Source of the DNA: Camelus ferus
Lineage: Eukaryota
NCBI RefSeq assembly: GCF_009834535.1
Contig: NC_045696.1
Coordinates: 108,006,001 to 108,070,000 of the forward strand
Direction: 5' to 3'
DNA: 64,000 nucleotides
The number at the start of each line of letters is the position of its first letter. Positions within the stretch are counted from its first letter, which is position 1. Under the pieces are notes generated by a model. The model was not told the origin of the DNA and made no database searches. It saw only the letters and a list, made by a program, of their open reading frames with translations. Of this stretch, positions 13,397 through 24,262 are shown piece after piece. The position numbers and the translations under genes were made by a program.

Positions 13397-14567
13397 ATTA
13401 CCAAAATCATTCCGTTACTTCATGGCTGCCGTGGTTTCTGCAGCCAGGAAATGCTGTCAAGGGAGGGCAGAATATTATTTTCTTATAAATAATACAACAC
13501 AGAATCCTATATGGAAAGTTGCAAGAAATTAGATTTCAGAGGTAGAGATGTTTCAACAAAAATACCCAACAGCTTTAATTTCGTTTCTGATAACTTGGCT
13601 CTGGGTTTGCAGTTGTTAAGTTTTTCTCTATTTCTGTTTCCTGCTGCAGAAAAGTAGCCTGTGAGAGATTCATTTCCACATCTCTGGATATATTATATAC
13701 ACACAAATTGCGTGCACATTTAGCATGGCTGATGGAAGTCACCTGTTCAACCCTGGTATGACCCATGTGAGGGCGGGTGACCATAGTTCTTAGATAAGGG
13801 GTTGATTTTTTGGTAAGGAATAAGCCTGGAGCTATGCTGCTGAAGGCCACAGGGTTCTGCTACTGACTCTCTGAGACCCTAGACCAACTGCCCATGCCCT
13901 TGAACTTGCCAGCAAACCCCAGTGTGCACAGAAAGGCCACTATATGTGGCTGTTCCCTGACCACGTTGATCATGTAGGTGGGGGTGTGGGTAAACGAAGT
14001 AGGTTGGTGTAAGAGGGGTATGTGTTTGGTAAGTTGGGTAAATGTGGTATCTGTGCTGGAAATATGCTAAATATCAGGCCGGTGGTGCTTGGGACTAAGA
14101 GTGAAATGCTGGTGCTATTATGAGGTCATTCAGCCATCCTGGCCCGAGAAGCACCATCTATCCCCACTGAGTCTCAAGGGAGCTGTTTAAACAAACAACA
14201 ATAACAAATTGGGAATCAAATGCCCAATGCAACAACACAGCATGCTTTGGTAAGAGACCAAGTTGTCCATGTGCTTGAGGTCTCAAGACTAAGTGACAAG
14301 TGGAATCTCCTAGCCTCCCCCGAACCTACACATTGGGGTGTGACTTCTGGCCACATAGAGAAAGGAATTCAGAGATCTGGGGGTGGGTTGCGATATAGCT
14401 TAACAGTACGGGTGGGGAAAGAGGAGAGGAAAAGAGCAGAGTAGCCTTGACTCTTAACTTAAAAAGAAAGTGGTCCATTCAATATCCTGAGGGTGGAGGT
14501 GGGTTGGAATTTTGTACAGTCAAACTTTTCCCAGGGAAAGAGATCTTAGTTTCCTCCTTGTCCAGAG

Positions 14568-14710
14568 AAGTGGCTTTAGCACTTTAGTGAGCATCAGAAT
14601 CACCCCAGTTTCTGATTCAGTAGGTCTGGAGCGAGGCCAAAGACTCTTCCAATCAACTACTGAGGATGCTGATGTCGCTGGTTCAGGGACCACAATTTTT
14701 CAACCACACC
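14568..14710. mobile_element. MER5A, internally deleted
   Basis: gcatcagaatcacc...gtttctgattcagtaggtctgg...gatgctgatg...ggttcagggaccaca. Confidence 0.85.
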
Positions 14711-14827
14711 TCTAGAACATTGCAGGTGGCTTAGGTCAAGTATCAACAATGTAAATGTGATATGGGTTTAATTCTGTCCCTGAAACAAGGGATAATTACT
14801 TAGGGCTCATTACTTACAGAAAAATGT

Positions 14828-16015
14828 CTAATTCACACATCATACAGTTCCCCTATTGGAAGTGTATAATTTAATGGTTTTTGGTAGGTTCACAGAGTTG
14901 TGTAAGTCTGCCGGATAAATTTCATCACTCCAAAAAGGAACCCCATACTTATCAGCAATCATTCCCCATGCCTCCCAACTCCTCCAGCCATATACAACCA
15001 TTAAATACCTTCTGTCTCTATAGATTTGCCTATTCTGGACATTTCATGTAAATGGAATCCTACAACATGTGGTCTTTTGTGGCTGGCTTCTCTAACTTAG
15101 CATGAGGTTTCCAAAGTTCATCCATAATGTAGCATGTACTAGTGCTTCATTTCTTTATATTGCTTAATAATATTTCATTGTGTGTGTGTATACCATGTTT
15201 TATTTATCCGTTCATTAGCTAATGGGTATTTGGGTTGTTTCTACTTTTTGGTTATTATGAATAAAGCTGCTATAAACATTCATGTATAATTTTTTGTGTG
15301 GCTAAATAATTTTATCTTTCTTGGGTATATATTCAGGAATGGATTGGCTGGGTTATATGATAACTGTATATTTAGCATTTTGAGGAATTGCCAAATCGTT
15401 TTCCAAAGTGGCTGAAATTTTACATTTTACATTCCCATCACCAGTGAGGGTCCAGTTTCTCCATATCCTCACCAACTCTTGTCTTTTGACTGAAGTCATT
15501 CTAAGTGGGCCTTAAGTGGTATCTCATGCTGTTTTGATTTGTATTTCTGTGATGGTTAATGATGTTGAGCGTCTTTTCATGTACTTATTGGCTATTTGTG
15601 TATCTTCTCTGGAGAAATGCTTTTTCTGATCCTTTGGCCATTTTAAATTGGGTTATTAGTCTTTTTATTGTTGAGTTGTAAGTGTTCTTTGCATTCTTTA
15701 TATAAATCCTTTGCAGAGATATGACTCAAAAACATTTCTCACTTTATGTGTATGCTGTCTTTACACTTTCCTAATGATGTCTTTCGAAGAATGAAAGCTT
15801 TTTAAAAGTTTGATGATGTGCAATTTATCCATTTTTTCTTTGACCACTTATGCTTTTGGTATCATATCTAAGAAGCCATTGCCTAATCCAATGTCATGAA
15901 GATTAATTTCTATGTTTTCTTCTAAGTGTTTTATAGTTTTAGCTCTTACATTTGTGCCTATGATCAATTTGGAGTTAATTTTTGTGTATGATGTAAGGAA
16001 AGGGACCAACTTCAG
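14828..16015 (-). mobile_element. L1MB-type 3' region
   Basis: tctgtctctatagatttgcctattctggacatttcatgtaaatggaatc and further antisense ORF2 end and 3'UTR blocks. Confidence 0.93.
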
Positions 16016-16121
16016 TTGTCATCCATTTAAAACATGGTAAAAAAAAAAACTAGAGCAACAAAAGAGCCCCCTTTTTTGTGTGAACTTTTAAATATTGATG
16101 TGGTTTGAACAGTATTTATTT

Positions 16122-16945
16122 ATTTATTTGTTTATTTATTTATTTTCAACCATTTAATTTAGTTTTATTCTATTTTTTCATTTGCAGTTTTAATAGGTAG
16201 AATTGTTACAATTTGACTGCACATGTACAATATATTGCATGTAAATAAATATACACAATATATTGCACATATTTAAAAATTTTACATATATGTATTGTTC
16301 ATTGTTTCTAAATACGTTTGAGCTTTAGCTTTTTAAACTTTCATAGTTATCAAAGGAATAAAGCCAACCACAAGATAAGAATTAATTCAAAAAGATACAT
16401 ACACTCTGCTATTAACAGCAACATTATTTATAATCGCCAAGATATGGAAGCATCCTAAATGCACATCAATAGATGAATGGACAAAGAAGATGCAGCATAT
16501 ATATGTAATGGAATATAACTCACCCACAAGAAAGAAGGGCATTTTGCCATTTGCAGCCTTTCATTCACTTTTTTTTTCACTTCAGAAACCAGAATTTTAT
16601 AACTGGCATAAACATTTCCGTTGCATCAAAAACAACAAAATACCTAGAAATGAACTTAACCAAAGAGGTTACCTATACTCTGAGAACTGTAAAACATTGA
16701 TGAAAGAAATTGAAGATGATACAAAGAAATGAAAAGATATCTTGTGCTCTTGGATTGGAAGAATCAACATTATCAAAATAGTCATACTACCCAAAGCAAT
16801 CTACAGATACAATGCAGCCTCTATCAAAATACTCACATTTTTCACAGGCCTAGAACAAACAATTCCAAAATTTATATGGAACCATAAAAGACCCCAAACT
16901 GCCAAAGCAATCTTTTGTAGGTCTTTTCCTCCCTTTTTCTTCTTT
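16122..16945 (-). mobile_element. Composite retrotransposed insertion (unique polyadenylated segment plus two L1 fragments) within an 18-bp TSD
   Basis: tttgaacagtatttattt at 16104-16121 and 16946-16963. (ttta)n tail and a minus-strand AATAAA at the left end. L1 3' piece at ~16385-16557 and L1 ORF2 piece at ~16612-16916 ([24 protein letters not shown]), both on +. Confidence 0.8.
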
Positions 16946-16989
16946 TTTGAACAGTATTTATTTTTGTGGTTGTGACCATAACTGATCAA

Positions 16990-17500
16990 ATATATTCATT
17001 TATCCAATAGATAATTTCAGAGCATCTAATTTGTGCCAAGCATGTCTAAGTTGCTGGTGATACAGCAACAAAGAAAGCAAAGATCTTGCCTACGTGTAGT
17101 TTACATGCTAGTGAGGAAGATGTTTCCAAGTCAAATAAATAAATAAATAAATAAATAATATATTGCAGTAGCAATAAGCATTATGAAGGAAAAGCAGAGT
17201 GAAAGAATAGGAGTGATGTGAGGGTTCAGGAAAGAATACTGTTTTATATTGAGTAGAAAAGTCAGGAAATGCTTCTCCATAGTGGCCACATTTGTTAGGT
17301 GACCTGAATTACATAAGAAGGCAAGCCTCTGTAAACATCTGGAAGAGAGAGAAGATGCTAATGGCGTGGAGAAAGAGAATGCTTGGATTCTTCTAGGAAG
17401 AGGAAGTAAGGTAGTGGGGCTAGAGTATGACACAAGAGGGGAAAATGGGTGGAAAATGAAACTGGTGAGGGAGTCAGGGGCCAGATCTATGGGAAAACCA
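16990..17500 (-). mobile_element. LINE-2
   Basis: attcatttatccaat...gagcatcta...tgtgccaagca...gtcaggaaatgcttctc antisense L2, with an internal (AAAT)n. Confidence 0.85.
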
Positions 17501-18049
17501 GACTTCCCCAGATTTTCTGATATTTTGCCTGGCAACGTATCTTGGCCTACAATATTTACATTGGCCTTGAGCAAAAGTCAAAACCATTCTTTCTCTCTCT
17601 TTGAATCTAATACCTGCTTAACATTTTTAGTAAACAGATTAAGAATAAAGAATACAAATAATTATGTGAACATAATTCTAAGCATAGATTTCCTTGAAAA
17701 TAAACAAACACCAAAATAATTCAAAAGAAAAAAGTAATTGAAATAAAGAAACTTTCAGAGTTTTTCGTTTCTTTTCCTAAGTTATTTCCATTAACCAAAC
17801 TTTCCCCTTTCTTTGTTTAAAGTCCGTGGCCAGGTTTGCAGGCTGCCTGTGAAAATTTCTCTTCCATAACTGAGTAACAGGAAGCAGCCTGTGGAAGGGG
17901 AGTCTTTTACTACAATTTGTAACTAATTTTCTAAAGTCTATTTTGTACCAATTTATTTAAGTTAAAAAAAAAAAAGGAAAATTGCTTCTCCCCAAAAAAG
18001 AAATTTTCAAAGTGAAAACAAACAAACAAAGAAAAGAAAACAAACTTAC

Positions 18050-18396
18050 AATTGACTACAATTCCCATACTCTCTTGCAGCAGTTGGGGCCATGTGACCA
18101 GTTCTCACCAATGATATGAGTGGAAGTGATGTGTACCACTTCTAAGCTGTGGCCTTTAACAGGCAGGTGAAGCTTCTCTTGGTTCTTTCCCTTTTCAGCA
18201 GCTAGATGCAGAGGTTGCAGAGAAAGATGAGGCTTGAGAGGATGGTTTAGCCACAAATTGAAGGAGCCTGAGTCCCTGAGTCAGTATGTGATGAAGAGCT
18301 TCCTGAAGAAATGCTTGCCTTGGATTGTTATGTGATTTGAGCGTTTACATTTGTGAATACCTTTGCTAAAGCAATTTGGCCTACCATAACTGATAT
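18050..18396 (+). mobile_element. MaLR LTR (MLT1I/J-like)
   Basis: gactacaattccca...ggccatgtgaccagttctcaccaatga...ggaagtgatgtgtaccacttct...taactgata. Confidence 0.85.
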
Positions 18397-19648
18397 AAAA
18401 CTCAACTTAGAAAGACACAAAACAGACTTCTTGGAAAGCCATACTGAAAGAGACTAGGTTTGAGAACAATGTTAGACTGGATCTGAGAAAGAGGCATCTG
18501 GGCTGAGGAGGTCTGGGATCTAATGGGGCCTCCTCTCTGGTCATATGCATATTGAGCCCCTGCATGGCTACACATCTTTTCATTTTTTTCCTGTGTCCTT
18601 AGCAGTGGAGATGAAGGGGTGGGTGTGGGTGATAGTGGGAATGTGGCAGCAGTAATGGGGCAGGCATGAGCCCTTCAAAGTGTCTTCTGGAGCTCCTGGA
18701 CAAGTGGGCTGAGATGGCACCTGACCCAGGAGGGTCACAGGGCCCTGAGTATGTCCATCATCTCTGTTCTGCCAATGGGCTGAGGACTGCAGACCCCTCA
18801 GTAGACCATAAATGGGAGCTTATTGGTTCAATAGCACACTGACTCGTTTTAAGCGAAAAGAATAAAGATTTTTATTAGGGACTGTAAGCAGCATTCAATA
18901 ATCCTCAAATTCACCTCATCAAAAATCAAGCCACAATCAATCAAACATAACAGTAGTTCATTCTTGCACAATTCATGAGTTAGGGCAAAACACTCATCAC
19001 CTTATGTTAGGACATTAAGATAATTACTTAGCTCTTGAGGGCAGGCAATGAGGAGCTATACCTCATTTCTGATCACATAAACCAGATGTTATGGAAAGAG
19101 AGGTCGTTTGTATGAGGCAGAGAGAATTCTGGGCTGAATTCTTTGTGAATTCTTTGTGGCACTGGCTACAAAGGTCAAATGGTCACTAGTGGATCTGGGC
19201 CCAAACTTAGCTGAGAAAAATAGATGAGGCATGCTAACTTTGGGCAAGTCAAGTAAGTTAGAGGTGAGGCAAACTTAGGTGAGTGTAGTAAATGATGACC
19301 TCCCAATTTTGACAAGTGTTTGATGATTTAAAGATGAGAAATCTGCCTGTAACCTTGCCTCTGTTTGTACTTGTGCTTTCTATTGTTTTTGGTTCTTTTC
19401 CCCTAGAATTTTTTTAAAACCTGGAAGTTCAGAAGATGTTTTCACTTTTGTCTCTGCTGGACTAAGAGAAAAAAGATACTTATTAAAATCTAAGCCAAGA
19501 GAGGTAGGAAGAACAAACTGCCACCAGCAGTTATGGTGTCAGTGGTCATCTCTAGGGTAAGTAAAGACAGGGGTCCTCCCTGGGAGAGAGTTAAGGATGG
19601 AGCTGGTTGGTCCTCTTTCTATCCTTGAGTTTTTCCTCACAAGCTTTC

Positions 19649-19673
19649 GTGTGTGTGTGTGTGTGTGTGTGTG
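19649..19673. repeat. (GT)n microsatellite
   Basis: About 12 GT units, seen directly. Confidence 0.95.
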
Positions 19674-19684
19674 GTTGTTGTTAA

Positions 19685-20535
19685 CTTTTTTGGAAATAAT
19701 TTTAAACTTACAGTAAAGTTGCAAGAATAGAAATAGAACACAGATCACCCATATATTCTTTGCCCATATTCATGTATTTTAACAGTTTGCTGGATTTGCT
19801 TTACCATTTGTGAGTGCTAAATACTTTCTATCAACACGTACATACACACACATAATTTTTTTCTGAACTGTCTGAGTGAAGGTTGTATACCTCATTGCCC
19901 TTTACTGCTGAATCCCTCAGAGTGTATTTCCTAAGACTAAGAATAGCCTCTTGACCACGCTGCAGGGATCAATTTCACTCAATTTAACACTGATACAATA
20001 TTTTGATCTAATCTACCTACTATATTCCAGTTTTTTCAGTTGACCCAATAATGTCCTTTGCAGCTTTTTCTCCCCTTCCAGTAATGGATCCAGATTAGCA
20101 CTGCAATTAGTTGTCATGTTTTTTAGTCTCTTTATCTGGAACATTTCTATAGCCTTTCTTTGTCTTCAAAGACATTGGCATTTTTGAAGAATTCAGACCT
20201 CTTTCTTTAAAAAAAAATAGAATGTTCTTCATTTTTGGTTTGTCTGATGTTTCTTGATGGTTAGCTTCAGGCTACAGTGTAGGCATAACCTTCAGACAGC
20301 ATCATTCTGGAGGCACACAAAGTCCCTCTGCCTCTCCTTGGTGATGCTAATTTTGCTCCCCACTCACCTTTCAGGAGAACCTTTTAAGACCATGAAGATA
20401 TTCTCCTCCTTGTTAACAATTCCCTCCAGATTTAGCAACCATTGATGGTCCTTGCTTGGACCAATCTTTGCTCTGGTGGTTGCAAAGTGATGATTTCCCA
20501 ACTCCAGCCCACCCTCATTTACCAGTCAGCATTTG
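19685..20535 (-). mobile_element. L1MC-type 3' UTR
   Basis: ttggaaataattttaaacttacagtaaagttgcaagaatag, tcagagtgtatttcctaaga, gttgacccaataatgtcc. Confidence 0.85.
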
Positions 20536-20733
20536 GCACACCTTGTGATTTTGATTCTGCTATAAGAGCACATTTCCTTATAGAATTCAGAAAGAACTGA
20601 TTCTGTTGTACAAATTTAAATTCTGTTTTTATACATAGGAATAGGATATTTTACTCTTATATCTGACAATGTACTAAAATAAGGTGTTAAAGAAAAGCTT
20701 AACTCCATCTTGGTTTTAAAATATTATGTTCTG

Positions 20734-21015
20734 AAGTGAGGAGGGTATAGATCAGCGGTAGAGCACGTTCTTAGCATGTACAAGGTCCTGGGTTCAATCC
20801 CCAGTCTGCCATTAAAATAACTAACTAACTAAATAAATAAATAAACCTAATTACCTCCCCCCTTCAAAAAATAAACAACATAAAAATAAAATTTAAAAAT
20901 CTTTAAAAAATTGTTAAAAAAGGAAGCATGCAAACTAACAAAAAGTAAAGTTGAAAACAAAAAAATTAACAAAAAAAGACTTGAGCTAAAGAGATGTTTA
21001 AAAAAAAGGCTTCAA
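20734..21015 (+). mobile_element. vic-1-type camelid tRNA-derived SINE with extended tail and TSD
   Basis: A-box region gggtatagatcagcggtagagc, B box gggttcaatcccc, then aaacctaattacctcccc. TSD aaaatatt(a/t)tgttctg at 20718-20733 and 21016-21031. Confidence 0.92.
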
Positions 21016-22325
21016 AAAATATTTTGTTCTGCTTAAATATGGTGTAGGTAGAATGAAGATTGTGAGTGAGTTGGAGGTCTTCAGTTCTTATTAAACAAGC
21101 AAGCAAGTAAGGCCACAAACAGTTGACTCCCAGGGACTGAGGGCTGGTTGAAGAAGGACTTCCTCTTTGAGCCAAATCATCCCCTTCTTACTAGATAAAA
21201 AGAAAAGCTCCTCTGTGTGTATATACACTTTCCACCATGGACAGTAAGTAACTTGACTCTAATTGCTTTCCTTTCCTGGCTGTTGGCAAATGGTGTGGCG
21301 TGGAATATCAGTCTCTCACGCAGAAGAGCAGAATGATTAGACAGCAAGCCTGCTAATTAGAATGTTAGGGCAGCATCAGGGCACCATCTCACTGCTAAAG
21401 TGCATGGAGGCTGCTGAGACTGAAAACCTGGGGCGAAAACCATGTGAAATATTTCTTGGTGCCCAAATCTCTAATACCCGGAAGAAAAAAATGCCAAGGA
21501 CCAACCCCAAACAGGATTTACACTCTTAGGAAAGACGCAAGTTGAATTATAGCTGAAGCTTTGGGTCAATGCCAAAATGCGATGAAGCTGTGAAGGATGT
21601 CTGTTAAAGGTAGCAACGAGGTATACGCACTTCTTTAAATCTTGCTCTAAATGCTGCTATACATTTTTATCTATAATGATTGGAGATGAATGGTCATGCT
21701 TTGTTAGCTTAATAAAGTATTCTATTTCAATAGAAAAAGCAGAGAGGTGTGGAAAAGCATGTTAACTTCTTTCTCCTGTGGGAAGAGTTTAGTTCCCATC
21801 TACAGTCACAGTCCAATGCCGGGTCAGCCCAGGAGCAGCCAGCTCAAATTGTAGTCATGGTTATAAGAGGGAAGAGTCCATGTGTGCAAACTCCAAAACC
21901 CAAACCTACAAAAGAAGGTAGCAAACAAGTTCCTGGGAGGAATGAGAGACAGTGAGAGGGGCCAGGGAGCCGGGGATCCTGCCCTGAACATGTGATGGGT
22001 ATTGTGGCTCTAAAGTCGGGGAGATGACTTTTGGCATAGATGCCAATTGAAAAGTTGGTCAGGCCTTGACTACACCAGCCTCTTTTACTAGATGCCTCTT
22101 ATCTACACCATGGGGCCAGTCTCTGCCATTTTCCAAACCCTTTCTGCCATGTTCCTGTTCTTTCTGATGCCACGTAGTCTAAACTGCTGAGGACTGGGGT
22201 CCTGTTAAGGAAATATTTTCCCGAGTGGTAGAAAACAGGACTTCCTGAAGAGATGCCTTGGAAACTGTTGATACACACTTCAAAGGGTGGAAGCAGAAGC
22301 CCTTCTTCGTTAAAAAGAAAGGTTT

Positions 22326-22672
22326 TTGGAATCTAAAAAAAAGAGACACAAATGAAGTCATTTACAAAACAGAAACAGACTCACAGACACAGAAAACAAA
22401 TTTAACGGTTACCAGTGGGGAAAGGAGGTGGGAAGGGATAAATTGGGAGTTCGAGATTTGCAGACACTAACTACTATATATAAAATAGATAAACAACAAG
22501 TTTATACTGTACAGCACAGGGAACTACATTCAATACCTTGTAGTAACCTATAAGGAAAAAGAATCTGGAAAGGAATATATGTAGATATGTGTATGACCAA
22601 AGCATCATGCTGTGCACCAAAAATGGACACAACATTGTAAACTGACTGTACTTCAAAAAAAAAAAAAAAAAG
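22326..22672 (+). mobile_element. Young camelid-type L1 3' end
   Basis: acaaaacagaaacagactcacagac...gggataaattgggagttcgagatttgcaga...acattgtaaactgactgtacttc then poly(A). Confidence 0.93.
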
Positions 22673-22739
22673 GACAACGATATGTTTAAAAACAAAGATG
22701 TTGGACGCCAGGCAGCGGGGAGGAACGTGTGAGGTGGAC

Positions 22740-22962
22740 ACACCGACAACCGCAGCAGTGTGGAGCTGAATGGCAGCCCACCATTTCCCAGCTGCATGAT
22801 CTCGGCTATCAGTTACCTAAACTCTCCAAGCAGAGATTTTGTCATTCTCATCATAGAGTTAAAAGCACTTACCTCTTGGTGTTGTGAGGAGTAAATTTAA
22901 TAATTTATATAAATTTCTTGGTACAAAGCTTGAAGCACAGTAAGCATTAAACAAGTGGTAGC
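22740..22962 (+). mobile_element. MIR
   Basis: cagctgcatgatctcgg...agttacctaaactctc...ggtgttgtgaggagtaaat...cacagtaagcatt. Confidence 0.75.
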
Positions 22963-23334
22963 CGGTGTTGGTAGCTATTACAGTCGTGCCTAAATTACGG
23001 CGCCTGGTGTTGAGATTCCCGTGCAGTCTGCCTCCAGCTTGCCTGCTTATCCTGTTTCCCACTGTCCATTCATTCCTTCATCCCTGCTCTGTGTGTTCAT
23101 CATGAACTCGCACCAGCCCCAGCCAGGTCCCTGCCCACATCTTCCCTTATTCTCGCCATGGCTTCCGGATGACTAGCCCCTTCCCACGCTTTCATCTCAC
23201 CCCCCGAGGCTCAGCTGAAGTCCCATTTCCTCCCTGAAGCCCTTGACAGCTAGTTCTGCTTTACTTCAGGCTCTTCCGTTCTCTGAACCACTATTGTAAT
23301 TACTGTTTGTTCACAGAGTTTAGTGCTAGATTAT

Positions 23335-23545
23335 ATAGAGAAGAAATTTCTGTGATGATGGATATATTCTATAGCTGTGTTGGCCAAAAAGGAGGCACCC
23401 ACCGTATGAGGTTATTGAGTATTTTAAATGCGACTGATGTGATTGGAGAGGTTAATTTTTAATTTTACTTCCTTTTCATTAATTGAATTTCGCACTTGAA
23501 CTGCACTTGGCCCAGCGTGTCAACCATTGACCCTGACAACAGCTC
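23335..23545. mobile_element. MER3-type MITE
   Basis: agaaatttctgtgatgatggatatattctatagctgtg...gttattgagtatttt. Confidence 0.7.
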
Positions 23546-24109
23546 TTGTAAGAGCTAATACTCTTGTGTTTCCAGCTAGCCTTCTGGGGCCAAACCTCTT
23601 TTCTCATCCTGTGGTGTCCCCTTGGCTCCTAGAGAAATCGAGGGATGGACTTAGGGAACGAGGGAAGACATGGGACAGAGGGGCAGTACGCAGTCAGGGA
23701 GTTTGGGGTGAGCTAGACTGAAGGTGGGGTGAAGGGGGCCCAGTGCGTTGCTTCCCACCTGTGGATGAGTAACCCTGTGGAACTGGCTGCACACCTCAGC
23801 AGGATTTACAGGAGCCCTGCTCTGGGGACCCAGCAGGCCTTGCAGCCTTTCATGTGAATGAAGTCTCTTGGGGGCCACAGGGTCATTGTGGCTGACCTTG
23901 GGCCTGACCTTTGCAGGGACCCCTGGAGTTGGTGCTCTGGTATCCCTTTGGGCTAGACCAGGTCTCTGCTTGACCCTTCCTTCCAAACTGGACCCTTCTC
24001 AGAGAATCCTCACCCTGTCACTCAGTGCCAGCTCCTGATTTCAGATTCTTCAGAGCTGCCTCACTCTCCTCCCTGTCTGTCTTCAGTCTTTCTTCTGTAT
24101 TTCCCAATA

Positions 24110-24262
24110 GTTTGTGGACTTTTAGAGATGGCAGACCTCTTCGAGAAGGTACTAAATGCTATGGACACCCTTAGAAGAATGCAGGTGGCCACATTAATAT
24201 GCAGTTTTGCAGACTATTTCGGGAAGATCAGATCCCTTGAAGCCCAGGCCGAGGTCTGAGAC
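24110..24262. mobile_element. MER103-like DNA transposon remnant
   Basis: tgctatggacacccttagaagaatgca...ttttgcagactatttc; a similar block lies at ~51040-51125. Confidence 0.5.

Noticed and set aside
17131..17719. Overlapping 147-aa and 117-aa ORFs
   Set aside because: They lie largely in a decayed L2 and a microsatellite and resemble no protein family.
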